From Minisyncoccota bacterium (lineage in GTDB: Archaea > Nanobdellota > Nanobdellia > Pacearchaeales > GW2011-AR1), in assembly GCA_035453125.1 (NCBI GenBank), contig DAOTCN010000002.1, forward strand, positions 138,715 to 202,714: a stretch of DNA of 64,000 nt, given 5' to 3'. This document shows positions 54,557 to 63,042 of the stretch, in pieces. The stretch's first letter is position 1, and every line of letters starts with the position of its first letter. Both the position numbers and the translations under genes were made by a program. Below the pieces are notes generated by a model. The model did no database searches. It was not told the origin of the DNA and was given only the letters and a program-made list of their open reading frames with translations.

Positions 54557-54865
54557 ATGGATAACATAAAAAAGGTTGAAAGAACATATAATATTGATTC
54601 TTTTTGTGATGAACTTGTTGGTGAATTTTTAAAATCAAGAAAGGGAAAAGAATCTGATGCAGGTTTTTTGATTTATAATGCACCAACTTTATTGCTTGGA
54701 AAATTTAGAAATAGCCTTTTAGAATGTATTAATAAAAATGGAAAAGAATTTAGTGTTAATTTTTCACCGTATATAAATCCAGATAGATTACCCGAGCTTG
54801 TTGATAATGGTTTTTATGCTGTAGATATTGGTTATTTTATTAATAAAGGTTATTTTAAGATTTAA
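54557..54865 (+). CDS. hypothetical protein
   Basis: ORF with ATG at 54557 (the track start at 54536 is TTG). No motif recognised. Confidence 0.3.
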   Translation: MDNIKKVERTYNIDSFCDELVGEFLKSRKGKESDAGFLIYNAPTLLLGKFRNSLLECINKNGKEFSVNFSPYINPDRLPELVDNGFYAVDIGYFINKGYFKI

Positions 54866-54867
54866 AT

Positions 54868-55563
54868 TTAATAAAACTCTTTTGAGATTATTTTAAAAAT
54901 TTCTGCTTTTTTACCAACTGATCTCTTTAATTCTTCTTCTGAAGCATTTATTACTCCTTTTATTGTCTTAAAATCTTTAAGAAGTTTTTTTGCTGTTTTT
55001 GGACCTATTCCGGGAAAACCTTCAATTATATACTGCATTTGTTCATTTATGTTTCTTACTCTTTTATTTACTTTAATACTTAACTCCTTTTCTTGTTTTT
55101 TTGAAAGAACAATTAAGAATTTGGCAGTATCTTCGTAGTTCTTTGTAAAAATTATTGGTACTTTATGCGTTAGACTTATTGATAAAAGAAAACCTCTAAT
55201 AGCATTTTCGTTTATTCCTGAAAAATGTTTATTTTTGTAAAGATCACATTCATCTAATCCTTCAATAATTAAAAGTTTATTATCAAATTGTTGAAGATTT
55301 TGTATTTGAGTTATCAACCTTTTGTTTAACATAGAAGATACAAAGTCTGAAACAGTTTTTCTTTCAATTATTACATCTTTAACAATATAATCTCCCACTT
55401 GTAAACTTTTAAATTCAATTTCACATCCAAGATTGATTAATTCTGAAGGTATTAATGAATTTTTTTCATGATTATCAATTATTACTTTTAGTTTAATTTT
55501 GTTGTTTAATTCATTTGCCTCTATTTTTTCAATTTTTTTTGAAAGAATATCATAAAATGTCAT
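54868..55563 (-). CDS. XPF/Hef-type ERCC4 nuclease domain plus (HhH)2, as a stand-alone gene
   Basis: ERCC4 core VIIDNHEK...GDYIV...VIIERKTVSDFVSS and C-terminal GFPGIGPKTAKKLLKDF. Confidence 0.8.
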   Translation of the reverse strand: MTFYDILSKKIEKIEANELNNKIKLKVIIDNHEKNSLIPSELINLGCEIEFKSLQVGDYIVKDVIIERKTVSDFVSSMLNKRLITQIQNLQQFDNKLLIIEGLDECDLYKNKHFSGINENAIRGFLLSISLTHKVPIIFTKNYEDTAKFLIVLSKKQEKELSIKVNKRVRNINEQMQYIIEGFPGIGPKTAKKLLKDFKTIKGVINASEEELKRSVGKKAEIFKIISKEFY

Positions 55564-55591
55564 TTTTTAATTTTTATTATTTTTAAACTAA

Positions 55592-57250
55592 TTATTTAAA
55601 TTCATTTAGGAATTTTTGTTTTTCTTTTTCATTTGTTTCAATAATGGACTTATCCAAGTTATCTTTTAAATTACTTGATTCTTCTTGAAAATTTATTTTT
55701 CCTTCTTTTAGATCCTCTTTTATAGAGTTTATTGCTTTATGCATTCTTTTTTCTTTTTGAAATGCAGCCCAATAATTTATTTCGTCCCTGGTTTCTTTTG
55801 TAACTAAAGTTATTAACTCTCCAGGTATAAGTCTTGCAGTACGACCTGCTCTTTGTATCTTTCTTATGGCACTAGGTACGGGTTCATAGAATATAACTGT
55901 ATTTACTTCAGGAATATCTAAACCCTCTTCTCCAATAGATGTTGCACAAAGGACATTAAAATCACCTTTAGAAAAGTCATCTATTAGTTTTTGTTGTTCT
56001 TTTTGAGATAATCCTGAAAAATCTTTTGTTTTGTTTTGTTTTTTAGTTTGTCCTACAAATGTTTTTGAAGGTATGTTTAATTTATTCAAATCTTTGCAGA
56101 TTTTTGTAACACTGTCTCTATATTGTGAGAAGATTATTATCTTACTATTTTTATTTTTTTTAATTCTCTGTTCAACTAATTCCATTAATTCAAATAGTTT
56201 TGGATGTTCTATATTTTGTGCAACTAATTCCTGAACTAAACTATAAGCTTTATTAAACTCTGGACTTGTCGTTAATCTTTTTACAGCTTTACTTTGATTT
56301 TTACTTGATTGTTCAAATAAACTTTTTATGTAATTATCTAATGTGTATAATGTTTGAGTTTCAATAAGTTCGATAGCATGATGAATTTTTATTGCTTGTG
56401 CACATAAAGATGCCCCATTAAATAAACTGAAATTTTTATTTCCAGATGCAAGTGAGCGCATTATTCTATTTTGGGTTTCAATTAATCCAATTTTTGTTGA
56501 TGCACCAAAAAGTATTTTTCTACTTTTTAATTCATCAATTTTTTTTGAAAGTATTAATTTTAAGATATCTCTTATTTCTTTGAACTTATCCGGAAATTCA
56601 AGTTTTATTACATTAAATTGTATTTCTTGCAAATAATTTTTAACATCTTCACTTTCACGAGTTCTTATTTCAACATCTTCTATTGAAAGATTTTTGCATA
56701 TTGTTTGTATTGTTTGTTTATCTGCACCAGGTGAAGCAGTTAGACCTAATATTCTTTGATTTTTTGATTCTTCAACATATTTTTTTGCTACATAAGTATA
56801 ACTATAATTCTTTACACATCTATGACATTCATCTTCAATTAATAAAGATACATCAGATAAGTCATAAAGTTTATTTTTAAGGTCATTGCCAATACATTGA
56901 GGTGTTGAAAAAATAATATCTGTTTTTTGCCATAGTTTTAATCTTTCATTTGCGTTTATTTTACCTGTAAATAATTCCATCTGAGCAAATAGTTCAGGTA
57001 AATGTTTTTTAAAATAATTAAAATGCTGTTGTGCTAATGGTCTAGTTGGTGCGAGGAAAAGTATTTTTTCAAGGGGAAATTTTCCCATTCTAGTTATTAC
57101 AAGCATAAGAGCTATTAATGTTTTACCAACACCTGTAGGGAGAATAACCAAACAATTTTTTTCAATACATTTTTTTAGAATTTCTTCTTGGTATTCACGG
57201 GGTTTAATGTTTTTCAAAAATTTATTTATTAATTCAGTTTCTTTTTCCAT
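55592..57250 (-). CDS. Hef-type superfamily-2 helicase domain, as a stand-alone gene
   Basis: Motif I LPTGVGKT, motif II DECH, motif III TASP, motif VI QRAGRTAR. Lies 28 bp upstream of the ERCC4 nuclease gene. Confidence 0.8.
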   Translation of the reverse strand: MEKETELINKFLKNIKPREYQEEILKKCIEKNCLVILPTGVGKTLIALMLVITRMGKFPLEKILFLAPTRPLAQQHFNYFKKHLPELFAQMELFTGKINANERLKLWQKTDIIFSTPQCIGNDLKNKLYDLSDVSLLIEDECHRCVKNYSYTYVAKKYVEESKNQRILGLTASPGADKQTIQTICKNLSIEDVEIRTRESEDVKNYLQEIQFNVIKLEFPDKFKEIRDILKLILSKKIDELKSRKILFGASTKIGLIETQNRIMRSLASGNKNFSLFNGASLCAQAIKIHHAIELIETQTLYTLDNYIKSLFEQSSKNQSKAVKRLTTSPEFNKAYSLVQELVAQNIEHPKLFELMELVEQRIKKNKNSKIIIFSQYRDSVTKICKDLNKLNIPSKTFVGQTKKQNKTKDFSGLSQKEQQKLIDDFSKGDFNVLCATSIGEEGLDIPEVNTVIFYEPVPSAIRKIQRAGRTARLIPGELITLVTKETRDEINYWAAFQKEKRMHKAINSIKEDLKEGKINFQEESSNLKDNLDKSIIETNEKEKQKFLNEFK

Positions 57251-57314
57251 TTTTATTTATTAATTTTAAGAAGTTAATATTAATAACTTTTATACTTAAA
57301 AATATAATTATTGA

Positions 57315-58022
57315 TTATATAAGAATAAATGAATATGCTAAAAATATTAAATTAATAATTAAAAGTATTATCCACAATGTTGGAAGACCAAACGTGATTT
57401 TGTTGCCACTACTACCTGTACTAAAGAATATCTTTGAACCATCTAGATTACTTAGAGGAATAAGACAGAATAGGGAATAATAAATATTTAACCTTGAAAA
57501 TTCTGGAAAGTTTGCAATATATCCTATTACTGCTCCAATCAAATTGAAAAAAATTCCTGCAGCAGCAATTAAACCTAAGTGTATTTCAGTTATTTCTGTG
57601 AATCTATGAATCCCTTGACTTTTTGCAGATCTTGCACTAGTTGAATAAACATCAAATTCTAAAAAAGTCATAAACATAATGTACCCATAGCTTATTAATG
57701 AGACTAAGAAAGGAATTAATATTCCTACAGGTAACGGTTTATTAAATGCTGCTTCTCTTCTGAATCCGTATCGTTTAATCATCCATATTTTATGATTAAT
57801 TCTTGCTCCATAAAAGTTAGCTACAATCTTTTTACCTAAAATATTTATAATAATAACAAGGGCCGCTATAAAAAAACTAAATAGTATTGATAAATAGTTG
57901 ATTCCGGATTTTGAATTTGAATTGAAAATAACTATAAAAGTAAGAAGAATAATTGCAAGAAAAATAGCAAATATTTCTTTAAATAAATCTTCTGAATTTG
58001 ACATATTTTTACTAATAATCAA
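57315..58022 (-). CDS. polytopic membrane protein, unknown function
   Basis: 235 aa with about 6 TM segments. No HExxH motif seen. Confidence 0.35.
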   Translation of the reverse strand: MIISKNMSNSEDLFKEIFAIFLAIILLTFIVIFNSNSKSGINYLSILFSFFIAALVIIINILGKKIVANFYGARINHKIWMIKRYGFRREAAFNKPLPVGILIPFLVSLISYGYIMFMTFLEFDVYSTSARSAKSQGIHRFTEITEIHLGLIAAAGIFFNLIGAVIGYIANFPEFSRLNIYYSLFCLIPLSNLDGSKIFFSTGSSGNKITFGLPTLWIILLIINLIFLAYSFILI

Positions 58023-58095
58023 ATTTTTATAAATGTTCTGTTTTACTAAATAAAATAATAGAAAAGTATTTAAATAGGTTCTTGATTATTTGTTT

Positions 58096-58368
58096 ATGTT
58101 AAAAATAAAAAAGATAAGTGAAGTTCTTGGAAAAAAAGTTTTTACTGATGAAGGTAATTTTTTTGGAGAAATAGAAGAAGTTAACCTCGTTAATAATAAA
58201 ATAGAAAGTTGGAGAATTAGGTTAAAATCTGGATTAAATAATGTTTTTAGTGGTGCTAGAGGAGTGATTATACCCCATAATTATGTTAGGTCTATTGGTG
58301 ATGTTTTTGTAATAAGCCAAACTGCTGTGCCTGCTCAGTCAAATGAAGAAATGCCAGAGTTTGCTTAA
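58096..58368 (+). CDS. PRC-barrel domain protein
   Basis: VLGKKVFTDEGNFFGEIEEVNL...IIPHNYVRSIGDVFVI. ATG at 58096. Confidence 0.6.
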   Translation: MLKIKKISEVLGKKVFTDEGNFFGEIEEVNLVNNKIESWRIRLKSGLNNVFSGARGVIIPHNYVRSIGDVFVISQTAVPAQSNEEMPEFA

Positions 58369-58385
58369 GATTAAGAGGTTAAATA

Positions 58386-58886
58386 ATGGATAATATTTTA
58401 GCGAGTGATTTTGCAGTGTATGGTATATATCCTTTTTTGTTGGTATTTACTTTGATTTTTGCAATATTACAAAAAACGAAAATTCTTGGAGAGGATAAGA
58501 AACAAATTGATGCTTTAGTTGCTTTATCTGTTGCTTTAATAACTATATCTTTTTCTTATGCTACAGGAGTTATTTCTAAATTAATGCCTTTTTTAGCAGT
58601 TGCTGCAGTAATACTTTTAGTTTTTATGATTCTTTATGGTTTTGTTGCAAGTACATCTGACAAAGGTTTAGAGTTAAGTTCTAATATGAAAAAGTCTATT
58701 TTAGTATTATCAATTATTGGAATTATTTTTGCATTAATCTGGGCAACAGGACAATGGGATTTAGTTTATGGTTCTATATTTGAAGGAAGAGGATTTTCAA
58801 GTTTAGCCTCAAATGTTTTAATGATTTCAATTATTGGTGGTGCATTAGCAGTAGTTTTGTTTGCTGGAAAGAAAAGAAGTAGTTAA
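58386..58886 (+). CDS. 4-TM membrane protein, paralogue 1 of 3
   Basis: Shared N-terminal signature YPFLLVFTLIFAILQKTKILGEDKK. Confidence 0.45.
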   Translation: MDNILASDFAVYGIYPFLLVFTLIFAILQKTKILGEDKKQIDALVALSVALITISFSYATGVISKLMPFLAVAAVILLVFMILYGFVASTSDKGLELSSNMKKSILVLSIIGIIFALIWATGQWDLVYGSIFEGRGFSSLASNVLMISIIGGALAVVLFAGKKRSS

Positions 58887-59088
58887 TCCTAAAAATATCT
58901 CTTTCATTTCTTGTGTGATTGATTAAATGATTTTTTTAAATTAGACTTTTTAAAATCTACAAATGATAAATTTACATTTAAAAAAATTATAAAATAGTTT
59001 AATGTTGATTAATTGTTATTTATTTCTATTTAAATTAACTATAATCTAAAATGGAAAGGTATTTAAATAAAAAATTTGTTTTATATTG

Positions 59089-59634
59089 ATGGTAAGTTCA
59101 ATAGGGGTGATATTACAACAGTGGGCAGATATGGATATTTTTTATTATGTTATTCCATTCTTATTAATTTTTGCACTTGTTTTTGCAATATTACAAAAAG
59201 TTAAGATTATGGGTGGTGATGAGGAAGATAACAGAAGAATTAGTGCAGTTATAGCTATTTCAGTTGCTTTATTATCTTTACAATTTGATCAAGTTTCTAT
59301 ATTTTTTGCAATACTATTTCCTAAACTTGGTGTTGGTTTAGCTGTTTTACTTACAGTAATAATTATTCTAGGGGTTTTTATTGATTACCGAAAATCTCAA
59401 GGAGCATATTACATTTTTTTAATAATTGGAGGTGTTGTTGGTGCAGTTATTTTATTAAGTACTTTATCTGATTATAGTTGGTATACTGGAAGTTTTTTTC
59501 AAGATAATATGTCTGCAATTGTTGCAGGTATAATCCTTATTATTTTTGTTGGTGCAGTAATAACTTCTGGAAAAAAGGATAGAGGACAACCAAGTCTTTT
59601 CTTTTCTCCAGTTCCACCAAAGACAACAAGTTAA
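59089..59634 (+). CDS. 4-TM membrane protein, paralogue 2 of 3
   Basis: IPFLLIFALVFAILQKVKIMGGDEE. ATG at 59089. Confidence 0.45.
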   Translation: MVSSIGVILQQWADMDIFYYVIPFLLIFALVFAILQKVKIMGGDEEDNRRISAVIAISVALLSLQFDQVSIFFAILFPKLGVGLAVLLTVIIILGVFIDYRKSQGAYYIFLIIGGVVGAVILLSTLSDYSWYTGSFFQDNMSAIVAGIILIIFVGAVITSGKKDRGQPSLFFSPVPPKTTS

Positions 59635-59635
59635 A

Positions 59636-60127
59636 ATGGCAATATTAGATTTTTCATGGCTTTCGTATTATATGGCAATATTTGGTTTTTTGTTTGTATT
59701 TACAGTTATGTATGCAATACTTACTAAAACAAAAATATTGGGGGAAAATGCTTTTTCAAATGCACTTGTTTCTTTTGTTATTGCAATAATTTTTATTACT
59801 TTTTCACCTGGTGTTGAATATATTGGAACATTTATGCCTTGGTTTTCTATACTTGTTATCTGTGTTTTTTGTGTATTGGTTATTATTGGTTTTTCACAAA
59901 AAGAGATGGACAAATTTATGAAACCTTGGTTTGCTTGGGTTGGCATAATTATCTTAATTTTTATTTTTGTTTTATCTGCAATAAAAGTATTTAATCCAAT
60001 ATTGGGTCCATATTTACCTGGAGGAGATAAAGCAATGGGATTTTTTTATTCTGAAAAATTTTTAGGTGGTGCTATTTTATTAATTATTGCTGCTGCAGCT
60101 GCATGGGTTTTAACTAAAAAGAGATAA
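59636..60127 (+). CDS. 4-TM membrane protein, paralogue 3 of 3
   Basis: FGFLFVFTVMYAILTKTKILGENAF. Confidence 0.45.
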   Translation: MAILDFSWLSYYMAIFGFLFVFTVMYAILTKTKILGENAFSNALVSFVIAIIFITFSPGVEYIGTFMPWFSILVICVFCVLVIIGFSQKEMDKFMKPWFAWVGIIILIFIFVLSAIKVFNPILGPYLPGGDKAMGFFYSEKFLGGAILLIIAAAAAWVLTKKR

Positions 60128-60128
60128 G

Positions 60129-61139
60129 TTATTTTTTCTTTTTGTGACTTTTTGAAGAATAACTCTTTTTACTGTTATAATATCTTGGATAAGAACTTTT
60201 TTGTTTAGTTAATTCTGTATCTCTTATAGTATCTATCATAGGATTAATAACTTTGCTAAAGCTGGATTGCATATCTTGCATTTCTGTTTTAATATCTTGA
60301 AGATTTTGAGTTTGTTCAAATGATTTTCTTATTAATGAACTTTGTAACTGATCAATTATTGATTCTATTTTATGGAGCCGTTCATCTATTTTATCAACTT
60401 TTGATTTTAATAATTCTTTAACTTCAGTAATATTCTTTATTTCTGAGTTTGTTTTTGTTAATTTTTCTTCAATTAATTGATTAGTTATTTCACTAATTGT
60501 TTCTGTACTCAATCCGTAATTTTCTTCGGGAATATAGTCTCCCTCATTAATTTCTTCATTATATTCTTCACTTTCAGGTTCAGGAACATATTCTTCACTT
60601 TCAGGTTCAGGAACATATTCTTCAGCATATTCTTCTGAGTACCCACCTATATCTGGTTCTTGATAATTATAATCTTGATTAGGTGTTATTTCATCATTAG
60701 AATATTGTGTAGGATATTGATTACTGTATTGTTGGTCATAAGGGTTGTTATATAAAGAAGATATCGGCATTCCTGTTTGAGGATCAATCATTTGAGTGTT
60801 AAGGGGCATTCCTGTTTGTGGATCAATAGGCATTCCTGTTTGTGGATCAATAGGCATTCCTGTTTGTGGATCAATCATCTGATTTTGTTGTGTAGTGTAT
60901 TCTGGTTGGTTATCTTGACTTTGATCATTCATAACCATCATAGAAGGTTCCATACCTTTTTGACTATTTCCATAAACATCTTGTTGCATACTTGTTGTTA
61001 CTGCATCCTTTATTTTTAATTGAGCCATAGAATCATTAATCTCTTTTGAGCTAATTCCTTTTGTTTGAAGACTTTTTATTATATCACTTTCATTATATCC
61101 CATTTGCTGCATTTGTTTAATTGTATCTGTTAAAGCCAT
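60129..61139 (-). CDS. repeat-rich protein: small helical N-domain, Q/P/acidic repeats, C-terminal coiled coil and basic tail
   Basis: IDPQTGMP x4, EEYVPEPES x2, and a heptad-like C-terminal half. Confidence 0.45.
   Translation of the reverse strand: MALTDTIKQMQQMGYNESDIIKSLQTKGISSKEINDSMAQLKIKDAVTTSMQQDVYGNSQKGMEPSMMVMNDQSQDNQPEYTTQQNQMIDPQTGMPIDPQTGMPIDPQTGMPLNTQMIDPQTGMPISSLYNNPYDQQYSNQYPTQYSNDEITPNQDYNYQEPDIGGYSEEYAEEYVPEPESEEYVPEPESEEYNEEINEGDYIPEENYGLSTETISEITNQLIEEKLTKTNSEIKNITEVKELLKSKVDKIDERLHKIESIIDQLQSSLIRKSFEQTQNLQDIKTEMQDMQSSFSKVINPMIDTIRDTELTKQKSSYPRYYNSKKSYSSKSHKKKK
60561..60614. repeat. 27-bp x2 in-frame tandem repeat (EEYVPEPES)
   Basis: atattcttcactttcaggttcaggaac occurs twice in tandem. 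Confidence 0.85.
60766..60876. repeat. 24-bp in-frame tandem repeat (IDPQTGMP), 3 contiguous copies plus 1 nearby
   Basis: ggcattcctgtttgtggatcaata at 60805, 60829 and 60853, with a variant at 60766. Confidence 0.85.
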
Positions 61140-61588
61140 TATATTTTACCTCTCCAAAATTCATGTTGATTTTCTTGATTTGAAAAATTTTTTTCATTAT
61201 TTTCAGTATTTTTGTGTTTATTTAGTTTTTCATTTATTATCTTTTCAATATCTTCAATTCTTACATATTTTAGTGGTTCAAACATTCTGAATTGTCTTGA
61301 TAAAATAGCTATTTCTTCACGACGGGCACTTTTTCCGACTTCTTCTGAAATGACTTGAATAGAACTTTTCAATCTTTGAACATCTGTTTTTAAATCATTA
61401 ATTATTTTTTTTAATTCTATTATTTCATTAACATTTTTTTCTTGTAAATCAATTAAGTTTTGTCCAATTAATAAAATTCTTTCACGATTTAATTTTTGAT
61501 TCTCTTCAAGGTCCCTTATTTTTAATCCCAATTCATAAGAAACTGATTCTTGTTGAGAAGTTTTTTCTTGTTCGACTATCTTTGCCAT
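61139..61588 (-). CDS. coiled-coil protein (149 aa)
   Basis: Continuous heptad-like sequence. Its stop overlaps the start of the 60129-61139 gene. Confidence 0.4.
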   Translation of the reverse strand: MAKIVEQEKTSQQESVSYELGLKIRDLEENQKLNRERILLIGQNLIDLQEKNVNEIIELKKIINDLKTDVQRLKSSIQVISEEVGKSARREEIAILSRQFRMFEPLKYVRIEDIEKIINEKLNKHKNTENNEKNFSNQENQHEFWRGKI

Positions 61589-61806
61589 CTTTTTATTTAA
61601 AATACATAGTTAAATAGGTTTAAAATTGTTGTGGCAATAATTTTATGTGCTTTATAGAAGAGGATTTGTTGAAAGTTTTTATTTTTTGCATTATCAAAAA
61701 ATAGCAAGATATATATATTTCTTTTAAAAATTATATCTTCTTGCGAAGAAGACATTTAAAATATATTTAAAAAAGAGTGAAAGGAGGTTGTTAAAATAAT
61801 TTAATT

Positions 61807-62916
61807 ATGGTAAAAAATAATTTAGGTGTTCTACAAACAAAACAATTAGCTGTTCTTTTTGGTGCTGTTCTTATTGTTGGTTTAGTTGCTGGGGTTATTG
61901 GTAGTAGTGTTGGAAATGCATTAACTGGAAAAGTAACACTTTCTAATAATGCTGCTGGAACAGGAACATATAGAATTAGACCAGAGGGAACAAATGCAGA
62001 TACTTGGCTACCTTATAGTGATGGAAATGTTTATTTGACTAGTAATGGAGCAAAGTCTGGTGCAGGATTTGTTTTAAGAAAATGGCTTAGTGGAAGTACT
62101 TTTCAGAATTTAATGACTATTGATAAGAATGGAAATATGGTTGTTAATGGAAATTTGAATGCTGATAATGTGTATTCTAAGTCAGAAGTTAATATGTTTG
62201 TTAATAAAGTATTAAAGTATGATATCTTAAAGATTGAATCGGCATCTACAAGACTTACTCCTGGTAGAAGATTAACAGACGTGCGGACTACTTTTTTGTC
62301 AAGAATTGATTTAAAGAATTCTTTAGCTCGGGGAGTTTTTACAACTAATAAAAGTCAAGATTATATGTATGATCAAGAAATTAAGATTGGGCCTTTAGAA
62401 TTTAATCAATTCACAGATCATGACTATCAAAATAATAAATCTACACTGGGAATTAAGATACTTCCAAATACTAATTTAATGAACTATACTCTGCGATTTG
62501 CGATACTGGCTCAGTCTTCGGTTGATGCTTCTGGAAATTTGGTGGATTTTATTGGAAAGAATATAAAGCTTTTTGGTAAAAACTATAAAATTTCAGAATT
62601 TAAAAAATCTCCTGCTTCATTGACTTTGATTGATGAACAATCAAATGTTTTAAAGATCGATAATAATGGAATTGTGAAATTAAATGAAGGGCTAATAAAT
62701 GAATTAGTTGGTTATGTTTATTTAACACAAGAAAGTACAGGTGTTAAATGGGATAAACTTGAATTAAGATGGCAGGCTGAGGATAAAAAGTTCTTAGTTC
62801 CAGGAAAAGAGTTAACTATGCCTGGATTTGAAACAGTGAAGTATTCAATGCAAGATAATACATATGATTCTGATGGAACATATGGAAATGTTTATGTTGT
62901 AGGCATGTATAAATAA
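61807..62916 (+). CDS. N-terminally anchored extracellular protein (possible pilus/surface component)
   Basis: Single N-terminal hydrophobic helix LAVLFGAVLIVGLVAGVIG, then a beta-rich Asn/Gly-rich domain. Lies directly upstream of the secretion-type ATPase. Confidence 0.4.
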   Translation: MVKNNLGVLQTKQLAVLFGAVLIVGLVAGVIGSSVGNALTGKVTLSNNAAGTGTYRIRPEGTNADTWLPYSDGNVYLTSNGAKSGAGFVLRKWLSGSTFQNLMTIDKNGNMVVNGNLNADNVYSKSEVNMFVNKVLKYDILKIESASTRLTPGRRLTDVRTTFLSRIDLKNSLARGVFTTNKSQDYMYDQEIKIGPLEFNQFTDHDYQNNKSTLGIKILPNTNLMNYTLRFAILAQSSVDASGNLVDFIGKNIKLFGKNYKISEFKKSPASLTLIDEQSNVLKIDNNGIVKLNEGLINELVGYVYLTQESTGVKWDKLELRWQAEDKKFLVPGKELTMPGFETVKYSMQDNTYDSDGTYGNVYVVGMYK

Positions 62917-63042
62917 TTTTATTTTATTTCATTTCTTTTTCTTTTCTTTTTTTATTTTATTAGCATAATGTTTATAATTGACTTTGTGCTTTGTTTTTCA
63001 TATTAAAAGAGATATTAGTTTAATTAAAGAGGTATTTAATAA

